From Antedon mediterranea (taxonomy: Eukaryota; Animalia; Echinodermata): a DNA stretch of 64,000 nucleotides. The notes under the pieces are model-generated. The model saw nothing but the letters and a program-made list of their open reading frames with translations. It had not been told where the DNA came from and ran no database searches. Shown here in pieces: positions 33,566-48,500 of the stretch (positions within the stretch are counted from its first letter, which is position 1; the number at the start of each line of letters is the position of its first letter). The DNA is taken from positions 17,208,912 through 17,272,911 of the forward strand of contig NC_092675.1 in the NCBI RefSeq assembly GCF_964355755.1, read 5' to 3'. The translations under genes were made by a program, and so were the position numbers.

Positions 33566-36500
33566 TCATGCCATGCTATCTGCTGGGTGAATGGTGCCAT
33601 TTTCAGCTAATTCAATTTCTTCTATGTTGTTTTTGTTCACTTGCTCATCACTTCCACAACGGACGTAACCGGTACCGGCATCTTCTTTATCCAGTTCATC
33701 TTTTGTCAGATGATAAATAATTCCAGCGCCAATGGAGTCGCCTTCTACGTTAACAGTTGTTCTGCATCTGTCTCTGTAAAAAAAATCAATAATGTATAAC
33801 GAAGCATACTGTACAGCAATTAAAAAAATAATAAAAATATATATATATATATAATTTTAAAATATGAATTGGTGATCCTGGTGTTCAGAAAATTTAAGAA
33901 AAGTAAATTTTTTAAATATTATTTACATATTTTTAAATAATGTTCTATTTTACTCAGGGGCGGATTCAGGATGGTAGCCCTTTTGTTGGACTGTTTTCCC
34001 TCTGACAGCTAAAATGACATTATAAATTACTTAAGATATAAGGTATAAATATTGGTGCCATTTTTTCTTTTTTTTAGAACAGTATTACAGGGTATAACTG
34101 TATAAAAGTATTTAAGAAGAGGATAATACTGTACCTACATACATTGAAAAGATAAATGCACAACTAACTCCAAATACTTTTAAACTTTATATTCTTTTAT
34201 ATACTCAACATTTTGTATTTTTATTTTTGTATAAATTAAATCCTGTATTAAGCAGCCAATTTAAAATTATTTTGGTAATGAATAGTAAATACTGAAAATC
34301 ACATACTAAACCAATTAATCTAAACAACTAACACACAACAATAAATATATAATAATATATATATAAACACAAGAGGCAAAGAACATTAATTCTAAACCGC
34401 CCAGTGATATACTGAAATTTAATTAATTAATTTGAAACGATAAAGATAAGGAAATCTGTGAGAATGAGAAAAAGTCGCCCCAACCGAGACTCGAACTCGG
34501 ACCGCCTGCTTGATATGCAGATGTCCTAACCATAACATAACAGGCATAGAAATAAATTCCAAACCGCCCGGTGATACACTGAAAATTATTTAATTAATTT
34601 TTGAAACGATAAAGATGAGGAAATCTGTGAGAATGAGAAAAAGTCGCCCCAACCGAGACTCGAACTCGGACCGTCTGCTTGATATGCAGTTGCCCTAACC
34701 ATATAATATATATATATTTTGTATTTCGTTTAAAAATTACATGTAATTAATGAAATGATAAATTATTCCTTACAAAAACCAGTCAATGATGAAGATCAAA
34801 GATATATCATCAATTGGAATTCCGACAGCATTCAATACAATTACCATGGTTACAAGACCAGCATGTGGTATAGCAGCTGCTCCAATGCTAGCAAGAGTAG
34901 ATGTTACACTATTAAGAAAAAACAAATTAATCAGTTTAAATATAACTATATAACATCTCTCATTTACAAACAGGTGGGAATATTGTGCTACATATTTTGA
35001 GTTCTGTCAGAAAATAAATTAAGCTTTCCACCATTTTTGTCCAGTTTATTCTTTTGTAAATTTGTGTCTAAAAAATAAAATAAAAACAATTTCAACATTT
35101 TAACTTCACCCAAGAAAACAATTAAGGGCCAGGGAGATGGTACATCTCCCTGGTTCAGACCTACGGAGTTATGCTTTCGTATTGTACGCGGCGTACAACT
35201 CCATAGGTCTGAACCAGGAAAAGATTTGTGTAAGCCACCTCGTACGACACTACTCTTTTGTTCGTTACGACAGCTCAAGGTACAAGATTAGTGAACGCCG
35301 CTTAGGATATGAAAGTCATGCATCAACGATTTTGACCTCTAACCAATCAAAATTATTCCTGCATACCATATGTTCGCCCAAATCGGTGACACTTCAGTTT
35401 GAAACGAAAGCATTAGTTAGGCAAATCTGAACACTTTTATGTTACGACGCTAATTATAATATGACACTGCTTGCAATACGAAAGCATAACTCCATAGATC
35501 TGAACATACCCTAAGTAAAGGAATTTTATCACTCAGACAATTACTCTACAACTACATTAATTTAAAGACACCTTCCCTACAATTTGTGACGTTTTGTAAA
35601 AATAATACATATATATTACTTTAAAAACATTAAACCAGGTCAGTCCTTGTCTTAAATGTATGTTTTATGGTAAATTATGATAAAAAGTGAGAAACAATGC
35701 ACTACCTAAGTAGCTCGCGGCGACTGACCTCTCGTGGACGGTCTTTAGGCCTAGCCTAGCTAGGCTTAGTTTTGTAGGCCTAGCCTAGCTAGGCTTAGTT
35801 TTGTAGGCCTAGCTGGTAAACATCGGTAACGTATGAACATCGTACGCTAGCTATATACCTAGCCTGACGTTGTATAGTTGCTGCATTAATTGTCTTTCTA
35901 TTTTTGCCAGACTCTGTTGATACAAATTGGGGAAAACCCGGTATTTTCGCTGAAAAGTTAGGAGTCTTCCATTTGTTTTGGTCTCACGATCGATCAAAAA
36001 GTGGGTGTATTACAGAAGAAAAACAGAAATATCAATCCGTGTGCAATGCATTTTGGGATTTATAGCGGGCCGCTATAATTATTAAAATCAACTTATTTTT
36101 CACATTTTTAACCATTTAAAGACGAAAAAAGTTATCGCAATAGGACCATATAGTATTATTTTTACATTAAATATAGCTTGTGATCTTAAAATAGATCTAA
36201 AAAACGTAGGGAAGGTGTCTTTAAGATAGCAGTCATAATAACTATAATAGTATTAAAACCATTTAAATGATAGCAGTCATATAAAGTCATATCATAATAC
36301 AGTACTGTAGTACAGTTCCTATACAAGTCTCAATGTAGGCATGTTGAAAAGTGCTTACTGTGTGTGACTGGTAAAATAATAATTTGCTGGTTCATTAACC
36401 ATTTTTTTTTTTTTTTTGTATTGATTTCTACACAGCATTCATAATGATGACAACTTACAGTACAACAACATTTCATACCAGTATACATCCAACAGCGAGT

Positions 36501-39500
36501 AACTCGCCAATAACAGGCTGGATAAATTATTTAATCATTTATCATGTTTATAAACTAAGGGTATGTTCAGACTCACGGAGTTACGGTGGAGTTATGTAAG
36601 CGGCGTACATATTTTTGTGTTTGAACCATGCCGCGGATTAGCGTTAGGAAGCTGTTACTCCGCGCCAGTGGCGTTAATAACTCTGGCGAGAGAGGGTAGA
36701 TTTCATAACGCAAATCCAGTGATGCATCAGTGATTTTAACCTTAACCAATGAAAATACACGACCACGATTAGCAGACAGCAACTACATACCCGTACCCTA
36801 TGATACGACAGCGAATTAGCTATGTCAAATGTATTTTCAGGTTCAGATTTTAAAGAACAGTAAAGTTGGCGTCAGTAATATGATATTTTCATAAATTAAA
36901 TCAATTAATCAGATAATTGTCCATGTAACAATTACGTTTTAAATTATTTTGAATTAAAATGCAATTCTACAAGTAGTAAGAACAAATCAGTATATTTGAA
37001 GGTAAACATTATATAAATTAAAATTTTAAAAAAAAGTAAACGATGTAAACTTTCATGCATTGTCATGAATGTATACATTATAGTTCTATCTGCTTTGACC
37101 TGATCAGTGTTTTAAACGCAAAGGCATTGGAATGTTGATCGTTGTGTTTGAACACCTTGGCTTTTAACGCCATGGATTACCGTACGCCTTGCGTAGATAA
37201 CTCCACCGTAACTCCGTGAGTCTGAACATACCCTACAGTAAGTCTCATTTCAGGTTATAGAGTAGAGTTGAGAAAAGTAATGAGTTACAACCTTGGCACT
37301 AGGTGAGAATTTAACCCTGGACCTTAGGACTGGAAATTGGAAGGCAAGCATGTTAAACAACAAGCTACAGCACCACTACAGTACATCATAAATTAAAAAA
37401 AAGTAAATGTGTAGCTGGTAGGCAATATAAGTTAAGTTACGCACAAGAAAAAGATACATAAACATAACCAGTAAACTAGATTTGAACTCCAATGAGTTAG
37501 GTTATCCGCACTAATAAGATAGAACAAGGTAACTACCGTATATTTCGGTGTATAAGTCGCACCTGTGTATAAGACGCACCCCCTCCCATTATCTTATAAG
37601 CTTAATTGACTCGGTGCTCAAAGATCTTGAGTGTGGTGGAACTTACGTTAATCTGTGCGCAATTGATTTCACCAAAACTTTTGACCTTGTTGACCACTCC
37701 ATTCTTATAAAGAAGTTAATTGACATCGGGGTGAGGTCGTCTATAATTCCCACCATCTGCAGCTTCCTCACCGATCGCACCATGAATACCAAATATACTG
37801 GATGTACATCTACTTCTAGTAAGATAACCTGTGGCGTCCCGCAAGGGACTAAGCTTGGTCCCGTGTTATTCTTGGTGCTCATTAATGATGCATGTGTCGG
37901 AAGCTGCAGAAGGTGGAAATACGTAGACGACCTCACCCTGGGAGAGGTAGTTAGTAAAGGAGCAAGGCCTGCAATGCAAGAGATACTTAATGATGTTAAT
38001 GATTGGTGCAGAAAGAATAATATATAATCCCAAAGCCCTCTAAGTGCCATATAATGACTGTTAACTTTTTGAAAGACATCAACGTTGACGCTGCGTCTCC
38101 CATTTTTAATCTAAATGGCTCCAACCTTGATGTAGTAGAACATATGAGATTGCTTGGCGTCATAATTCAAAGTAATTTGAAGTGGGATCTCAACACCCAA
38201 GATATTGTCTCACGGGCATCAAGAAGACTCTTTGCTCTATGTATTTAAAAAAAAGTCAATGTTGTTCTTGATGACCTAATCACTGTGTACACTTCCTACA
38301 TTAGGCCCATCTTGGAATACGCTTGCCAGGTATGGCATGGTGCTATTACCAAGAAAATGGCCAACAGCATTGAGACCATCCAGAAAAGAGCATGTCGAAT
38401 AATGTTAGGTGCTACCTACATTTCCTATGACAATGCCCTAGAGGTTAAAGGGTTACCTTCTCTCGAGGCAAGGAGAGACACTCTTGTGTTGTCCTTTGGC
38501 AGGGGGTTACTCAAGTCCAACTGTTTTCGAGACATGCTACCTCCTTGCCGCGGGCAGAAGAGAACCCTTAGGTCTAATAGAACTAGTACCGGAAGTCTCC
38601 TTCCCCCAGGTGTAGAACTGAACGATACCAAAGGTCTGCCACACCTACGATTGTTAAGTTTATTAATGCTAACTGATATAGGTTGATTTCCATGATTATT
38701 TCTCACTTTCTCGATGCCGTTTCGACCTTTTATATAATAATTTTAATAATGTATATACTAATAATAATCTTAAATAATAATAATAATAATGACGTACTCA
38801 ATTTTATGAACGAATAATATTGTATTTTGTGTTTTATAATATATAGTTATTTTTCTATACTGTTTGTAATTGTGCCTCTTTTACTTTTAATTATATATGT
38901 ATATTGATTGTAAACAAACGTTATCAGCCAATGGCTGCTGTTTTGTATGTGTTTTTAAATCTAAATAAAAAAAAAATTAAAAAAATAACTGAAAGTGTGT
39001 ATAATAATATAATTTAGAGGTCAAATTTGCATGTCAAAAGTGCGACTTATACACCGAAATATACGGTAGATTTGAACTCCAATGAGTTAGGTTATCCGCA
39101 CTAATAAGATAGAACAACTAGATTTGAACTCTAATGAGTTAGGTTATCCGTACTAATAAGATAGAACAACTAGATTTGAACTCCAATGAGTTAGGTTATC
39201 CGCACTAATAAGGTAGAACAACTAGATTTGAACTCCAATGAGTTAGGTTATCCGCACTAATAAGATAGAACAACTAGATTTGAACTCCAATGAGTTAGGT
39301 TATCCGCACTAATAAGATAGAACAACTAGATTTGAACTCCAATGAGTTAGGTTATCCGCACTAATAAGATAGAACAACTAGATTTGAACTCCAATGAGTT
39401 AGGTTATCCGCACTAATAAGATAGAACAACTAGATTTGAACTCCAATGAGTTTGGTTATACGCACTAATAAGATAGAACAACTAGATTTGAACTAGTCAC

Positions 39501-42500
39501 TGGGACGAATTCGGGTTATCCACGCAAACATGAAGATAACAATTTTAGAAGATAATTATCTGAATAATAACATTATATATAAAGTTTGAAGAATTTTGGG
39601 CATGTAAATACGAGAGGCGCTCTGTTGAATGTTTTGATGATCTATGAAAAAAGAGAGAAAATCTAATTTTTATTATTTGAGTGGCCATATGATGATGTCA
39701 TAAATTTATAACTACAACTCATCAGCTTCCATTATGCGTTAAAAAAAATAGTCGTCGCCTTTGATCCCAAAGAGCTATAATCAATTCAAAATAGGCATAT
39801 TTTTACACAAATTTGCATTGAATTGCCCATTTTCAAGCGCACGCTTTTGAAAGTTTGTTGTGCACGTACGTTGTTATTTTGCAATGAAAATTTATAAAAA
39901 GTAATGAAATTGATCAGAGAAGGTATGAAGAACTAAAATAAATTGCAAAAACGGTCTTTCTATGCTGTATACACACTGTGTGCGTAAATGTGCGCGCTAC
40001 GCCAAACAAATTGAAAATCGAGTACAAATGCTCAAAATGCATAATTTTGTATGTAACACATCATTTTTACTCCATAGAAATGTGACACTTGATATGAATT
40101 ATTTTCAATAAAAATCGTATAATCATGTGTGCGTTACGCTGTGCAACTTGGAAGGCACCGAAAACCTTTTTACGACATCTTCAGACAGAGGTTTAACTAC
40201 TGGTAAAGTTACACAATATTCTGTTTTCAAGTTTTAGAGAAAACGCCACATGCACATACGTTAAAATATAAACGCCGACAATTATTATGCCATCCTATGA
40301 CATGAATTAAATATGTTTACATTGCTGAATTTTACCTATTTTGTGTCATAAAGCTTAACAGTATTTACGTAATACACTGTATATGTTATATACAGTGTAG
40401 CATAGATGAAATTACACGACCCTTTAATCCGATTTTTAACATGACGTCATCAAAATGTAGCATGAAGATAGTAATTTTAGAAGATAATTATCTAAATAAT
40501 TACATTTGAAAATCTTTTTTTAAACATTTTTTTGGAATAATAGTCAAAGACACAATACATCTTTAAGTTTCAATAAAAAATGTCTTTTGGTTCTGAATTT
40601 AAGATCAATGTAAAATATTGTATAATCATGCGTATGTTATGCTGCGCAACTCGGACGGGACCGAATACCTTGACACCGAATACCTTATTACGACATCTTC
40701 AGATAGAGTTCAATCTTCTGATTAAAGTTATACAATGTTATGTACAGAAGAAAAAAGACAAAAAGATCCTGACAATAACAAGGGGTTATCCGCCAAGTGC
40801 AGATAACCAAAAAGATCCTTACAATATTAACAAGGGTTACTAAAAAAAGATCTTTATTTAGTAGAGCTATCTGTCTATACAATCAAACTAGTTTGACAAA
40901 AAAAAAAAGTGTGATATGCCCAAATATGGCAGTGATGTTATTGTGTTCACATAAGGGCATATCACTTTTTTTTGGTCACATAAAATTTGATGGTGTAGAC
41001 ATAGCTATAGATAGCTAACACTGTGTGTTTGTTACATTTATATATACTTCTGCATTGTTTTTCCTGACCTGTTTTTAATTTTGGTCAAATAAATAAATGA
41101 AAATGAAATATATGTAATTATTATCATTACATAATTGGTTTGTTGAAATCTAATTTGAAAATAAAGAAATTAACTATGGAATCAAAATTTTAATTATGAT
41201 TTCATAGTTATTTCTTAAAAGAATGTTGTGATTAAAAATAAACAGCATAAAACAACCTTGACACTATGATACTCTATGTAGGAAATAAAATGTTAATGTT
41301 GCTGAGGAAACGCCCAAGGGAAAAATATGTACTGTAAGGTAATAAAAACAGACCATTTTGAATGATGTATTCTCATCAACAGCTTCCTGTTTCATGTTTT
41401 ATGTTTCAAACTTGCCAAGAAATGGTGAAAAAAAGAGGACGAAACGTATTTATGAATTATTAAGATGTTCGGAATATATTAAAGATAGTTTTACATGTAT
41501 GAATTAACATATATGACAAATAATCGAACAACAAATGTGACATACAGTAACCAGCTATGAGCGCTCACTAGCTAAATGCAAGTACCCAGTGTTAGGAGTG
41601 CTAAACCAGGGGCCTTTGCCCTGTGCATTATGCCACTGACGGTAACTAATTTAGTTTAATCATGTTGGTAGCCTTTTAGCTACCATCAAAACACTCAATA
41701 TACCATATTTTCCTATACAGGGAAAGTGCCTGGCATTGGCAATGTTTAAACAAAAGGTAAATACACATTAACATGATTTGAAATCACTTCTGAAGAAAAA
41801 AAACTTATAAAATGACAAAATATATTCAACCAAAAACCATTGGCTGGCAGCCAATTTGACCATTTTTTTGCTTTAAATTACAGTTTTTTCAGGCAAATAC
41901 ATTTTTTTTCGATCCAATTTGTGGTCAAAGTGGATAACTATTATGTTACATTAAAATGGCATATTCAACAAAAATTGTGTTAAGAATTATACATCTTTAA
42001 ATCAATTATCAGATACTGAGTGATCTACTGTACTTTAAAATACAGAGGGCAACAGAGGGCATGTTATTTCAGCCCATATTGATGATACAAGTAACTCGAG
42101 ATTTTAATCAGCTTTTGTGAAGTCACCAATATATCGATTTTTCTGAAAGCTATGGCTCTCAGAGCAATTTCAGTTATTTTACTAGCTCTCAGTATCTATA
42201 GCCTAGCTAAGCTAGACATGCAATTAATGTGAAAATATTGACTTTAAATTTCGTGTTTTTTTAGTCACTTGTGATCCAAAAAAATATGTTAATTTATATC
42301 GTCTCTTCATCCTTAAAATGTACAAGTTTAAAATTTTAGCGAGTGTGGCAAATATACCTTTTTCACAAAACAGAAGACATCTTCAATCGATGACAAACAA
42401 TGCTGTGGAACAGAAATAATAACATAATGCGACGAGCATGTATTCCGTTTCGTGAAAAAGGGTGTAGGAAAAACTCCAAAAAGTTTGTATGCGTCATATT

Positions 42501-45500
42501 AAAAATCTGGCCAAAGCACGCGATTGGTCAGTCCGTTTCTGTCATTATTATTCATAACCACCTTTCTACCGCTGATGCTCTTTCGAGTTTAAATGCTAAT
42601 TTTAACATCGGACTATTTTTATTGCTACAAAATAAACGACCAAAAAACCTTACACAATGGTTGCCTGCTATAATTAATAATTAATTGCACGATTTTGGAA
42701 GTGGGGCTTACTTTTAAATGCAAAAATTCACAGGCATAGAGAAACTATACGATATACAGAAAATTAATTGATATGAAAATGAGGAAATAAGAAAGACCAG
42801 CTCCAACCAAGATTTAAACCAGGATTTCTTTCTTGATATGCATACATCCTTCTATTAGACCACTGGGGCTTCCATGGTATTAAAAGTACAAACATACAAG
42901 TAATAAAACTGACCTGATTGTAATGACATCTTTAAAATCCAATGGGATTCCGTTGAGTTGTGCAATGAAGATAGAACCAACAGCTTCATAGAGGGCGGTG
43001 CCATCCATGTTTACGGTCGCTCCGATTGGCAGGACAAAACGGGTAATTCTTGTATCTACCTTTAGATTGTCCTCTAAGCATGTCATGGTTACAGGTAGGG
43101 TTGCTGAACTATAACAAAGAGACGTGGAAGAAAGGTAAAAAGGTAATAATGTTGTTTTCAGTAGAAGTAGCAGCAGTAGTAGTACAAGGCTAAGTGCAAG
43201 AAAACAATTTCTATTCATCATCCATTTCAATAATTATCAATCTATAGTTTCACCTCAGATATTTCATAGATATTATTTTTCTTTTTTGTAACAAAAAAAA
43301 AACTTAACTTAAAAAAAAACAAGTACTGTTTTCAAAGGTTTTGGTGTTTTAATTCAAAATTACCAAAGAGTTTAGAAAATGTTGGCAAAATTAAATGTAT
43401 GGTAATTTATACTAATAAGTACTATTTGTTCCCGATATAAATATGTTTAATTCACATAAGAATTTAATAGTATACAAAAAATTATTGCCAATAAAAACGT
43501 TTGTTTGTAACATTAATACAGCAAAGTTTACGTTTCCCATTAGCATTTAAATGGTTTTATGAAGCTCACTTAGAATAATTATTCAAATGCAAAGTATTAA
43601 AAGGCCATACTTTGCTACTGTTAATCTGGTAAGTGCTTCAGTCAAGTCAGTGCCACAGTTGAATAAGCACACATAAATTGCTGCTTAGCACATGATCTTG
43701 TCACATGATAGAAAGCATCATAGCATTAAACTGGTTCTGCTGTGCTGTTGGATTATGCTGAAATAATATTTTAGAAAAAGCAATATTCAAAATCACCTTA
43801 CCTTGAATCAACACTGAAAGCAGTCACAAGTGCTGGGATGACTTTTCTCAAAAATCGGAAAGGATTTTGCCGAACAAAAAAATAATAAAGAAGCGGTAAA
43901 ACAATAACACCATGGATAAAAAGGCCAACTTCTACAGTTACTATAAAAAGGCCGAGTTGTCCAAACATCAGTGCCCAGTCATCCATCTCCAAAAGCTTTC
44001 CAAGCACAAGGAAAAATACTCCAATAGGGGACAACCTGAAAAAAAAAATATCAGCATCAATTTCAATACAGAAGACAATATTACATTCTGCAAATTTTTG
44101 GGCAATAATTTGTTGTTTGTAAAACGCAAAACAATGCAGCTACTTGTATAGAAAAATACCTGTAACATGATTGAGTATCAGGTGGGACAAGTTTGTTTCC
44201 CCTTCCCATTAATTTTAGTATTTATTTGAGGTTCTACTACAGTAGTTTGATATTTTTTTCCCCTTTAAGCTCTGTCTACTCTTGTACGACAAAAAAAGTG
44301 TAATGTGCCCAGATATGGTAGCGATGCCCAAAGTAGTAATACGACATCATCATGTCCATATATGGGTACATAACATTTTGTTGTCACATAAAGGTTGATA
44401 GTGTAGACAGAGCTTAAGTGGAATTTGAAGTCCAGCTTCTTTTAAAGGATTTTTACTTTTGTTTTGTTCATTCTAAGGTGAATAACTCTGTAATGCAATC
44501 TTGAACTTATTTATAGGTTATTTTAAAATACTGTACACAAAAGAGAAAGGCTTTGTATATGCATTTGTTGAATTTTAATAGGACAAATAAAGCTATACTA
44601 TATAACACAATGTATGTATGTAAGTTTAACAAAAGATATAAATCCACGGTTCACTTCACTTTACTACCCAGAATTCTGAACTATTCTTCAATAGAATAGT
44701 TCAGATAGAACAAGTTATACAAACACAAATAAAAGATTTTTGTATAAAGATGATAAGATCTTTATACATTTTTTTTTGTCTTAAAGACCCATTCCCTACA
44801 ATTTGTAATGTTCTGTAAAAGTAATGCATATATTACTTTAAAAACATTGAACCAGGTTATTTCTTATCTTAGATTTATGTTTTATGTTAATTTATGATAA
44901 AATGACAGTAACAATGCACTACCTAAAGTGCCTTGTGGTGAATGTTCTCTTGTCTTTAGCCCTAGCGAAGCTGGGTTTAGTTTTGTAGGCCTAGCTGGTA
45001 AATAAGAGTAACGTACAAACATCGTACGCTAAATGGTAGCTCCGCGTTAAAAATATATTTTGTATATTATAAACCTTTGCAACAACATTTATTACAGAAT
45101 ACAGAAATTTATTGGTCTTTTTAAAACATAGTACTTATTTAGTGGGTGTGTGTGGTCATTCATAATCATTTTAACTTGATGTAATTTGTTGAATAGTTGG
45201 TAGGTCAGAGATAATAATTTTGTCTGCACGCTTCCTAACTCGTTCTAATTTTATTATAACCCACCTTATGTTCTAACAGCGGCTAAGCAAACATACACCG
45301 TGAAAGAAGTCTCTTTTATAAAGTACTGTACAGTAATTAACTGTTAAAAGATGCGAAATTCAATTATGTAAAGTATATTATAAAGATAAACTTATACAGT
45401 ATAGGAAAACATTACATACAAATAGTTACCTCATTTAATAATGATTGTAAGTAATTGAAAATCAATGAAATTTCTAGTTTACATTAGCACCACTTAAATA

Positions 45501-48500
45501 AAAAGAAGTTATTTTGATGATATTTTTCTGCTTCACCACTGTCAATAAATTAGGGGGTTAATATCTGCAGGGTTGACCAAACGTTTACATGTTAAACCTG
45601 GAGCTACCTTTTAAACTGCATGTGATGCCTTTATTTGATACATGCAAATGTAGTGTCATTAGAAGTACATCAGCCACATGCTGTTTCACACTGCATTTCT
45701 CAAATGTTATGTTTATATTAATATCCTGTAATTACTTAGCTGAGCTTTTTAGTTATCCGCAATATGCGGATAACTTCTTGTTATTGTATTGGACCAATAT
45801 TTTTTTTCCCTGTATTATTAGTTATCCGCTTAGTAGCTAGCTCGTCAGAATAAAAAGTGATAATCATGATTAAATGTTTTCTGAAAGCGATTGTATTGTA
45901 TTGTAGATACTGTACAAATTCATGTGAACATTTTTCCAATCAGATGTTGTGACGTCATCATATGGCTAGTTATATAAAACAAGTTTTTTTTTCATATTTT
46001 GCGTCATAGTACATCACATTTAAAAGAGCGTGCATCTATATTTTACGTATTCAAATTTCTTCTACACGTTAATATGTTGTTGCTGAGATCATTTCCTTCC
46101 GAAATTACTATCTTAGTGTTACATTTTGATACCAGTGCCATGTTAAAAATTAAAATAAATGGCGGGTCCCGTAATTTCACCTACTGTGAATGTAATATAT
46201 ATACATTCCTAACATGTTCAGTAACGTAGTACAGTATCTACGGTACATGAATATTCTAGAATAAGAGTATGTTTAAATTTAAGAAACCATGTATAATTAA
46301 TATAAGAACAATCAGGAACATTCCGGAAGTGCTATTAATAGAAACTGTAATCCAAAGAAGTATAAGGAATGATCTAGAAGGTTATGAACATATTGTATAT
46401 AAGGGGAAGTAGGACAATTGTAAGAAGGAAGAAGGATTTTTGATTGAAGCATTTTTTTTTAAGAAGGTTGGATATTCGATTGTAAAATTTATTGTGAAGC
46501 TGTTGTTTAAAGTGCTTACTGGATTGTTGAAAGTTGAAATTAAAGCTTTGTTTTGAGTTATTTTACAACTTTTTGTGTATACTTTTATGTCACAAGGGAG
46601 TTCCTAAAGTATTTTCAACCGCTCGGAAACATAACATACGTAAAGGGAGTTCGTGACATTGGTATATAAATTTCTGTTTCTGCACGTAACCATACATATG
46701 GGGTATTAAAATGACTGTAATTGTACTGGAAAAGCTTTAAACTAGTATTTTAATTATCTCTGGGAATGGGATGGAAATTTGGGGTTGGGCCATAGGCCTT
46801 TCAACATCACTGAAACTGTATTGAGAGTGTAATGAACAAATTACTACATTTGAAAACTGGCACTGAGGCGTTATGGGTTGGGAGTAATGGCTTAACATAC
46901 GTCTTAAACACATCACCAAGAATGGGTTGTGTTGGGAGGGGAAGAGTGGAGATACTGGAATTAGGAGACAATACGAATACAACATAATTGGAATTGTACT
47001 GGGAAAAGTTACTACATTTGAACTGTCCTATGGAGGAGTTAAGGTTTGGTGATTGTGGTGGGATGGGGAGAGGAGAAAGAATATAGACTGAGGAAGAGGT
47101 AATTCAGCGGTATTCAATTATATATTTTATTCATTAGCCAATATGACACCTATCCAATTACATACACCATGCCTATCAGCTACTGTATGTACCCGCTCCG
47201 GGAGTTTGGGGTGAGCTATCATAGCTATATATACCCATCTCATTTTGAAGCTGAACTGAAATTTGTCCTGGGAAGAATGAAAGAGAGTGTGGGGTGGTGT
47301 TATTGAAGAGTGGTGGAGGAGTTGGTGAGTATAGGGAGATACTGGCGTCAGGTGTTATGTATGAGAAGGCTTTAAACTAATTTTAAAACCCACCCTGGGG
47401 CGGGTATAATTTCTAGTCTATATATATATATATATATAAAAGGCAAACACAAAACGTTTGTCCTCTTTGCATGCCGCGGTACAACCTCTGATTGGTGTGA
47501 ATTTTGCACTCAACATCAATCTTGCAATGGAGATGGTCATGGTCTATATAAAAAGTTTGTTAACCAAATTATTGAATTATGACTTATTAAATATTTTAAA
47601 AATTACCTTTCAAAAGGCTATGAAATATGGAATTTCCAGAGGGCGTCATTAGGAACCAAAACAAAAAACGGCAGCATTATCGTTCAGAGATGCGAGTCGA
47701 TAGGCACACAGTAATTTTTAAGTACAAGAAAAGCCACATGGTCGTGGATTACTTCAGTTCACTTCCATTTGTAATAATAAACATTTATGTATGATGATTT
47801 ATGTTGGCTAACTAGATATTGTTATATCTTTCTAAAATTTGAAGTGTAGGCTCTACGTTTATTCGTTTTCTTTCATATTAGCGTGCAAAATTGTACATCA
47901 GCTATGCCACCTGTATTAACAATGGGAATGCGAATTATTTGTTTAAGTAAGGTGATCATTACTATACTTTATGCAACCTTTTTATTCTAGGCATACTATA
48001 GCCCTGACCGTCCTTCTTCTTTATTCTACTAATCCGCCGAATAATTACCAGCTTACCGTGGATACAGAATCTTAATTATAATTACAGCTACCTTTTGATG
48101 CCTATCATTGTTTACTCTGATTTCCAGTATAGTAACGTAATTGCTATACATTTTGTCCCTATTATACCATAGCTTGTTAGTTTTCGATTTTTGTCTATCC
48201 AATCCAAGTAAACTTTTGTAATGAAGTCCTACAGTTAAATAAGTGTTAATGTATACAAACACATGGAGTAATTTATAGTTCAATTCAATTTCAATTCAAT
48301 TCAATTCAATAATACATTTATTTAAGATGGTCACAATATATAACAAACAATATTACAATAAACAATCATAAACAATTAATATAAGACCATCTTAGGGATC
48401 AAAATTAGAAGTAGAACTTGTCTCACATTGACCCCTAAAATAATAATAATAATTCAAACAAAAATAAGAACGGTACCGTATAAATATACAAATACAACGC

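Noticed and set aside
33536-33568. Possible stop-codon readthrough or selenocysteine at the TGA of paralog B (10 more codons to TAA)
   Set aside because: Context TGA-GCA is not a known leaky context, no SECIS recognised, and a 10-codon extension is expected by chance.
39067-39494. CRISPR-like regular array
   Set aside because: Units are contiguous and near-identical with no unique spacers, no cas genes, eukaryotic context; it is a tandem repeat.
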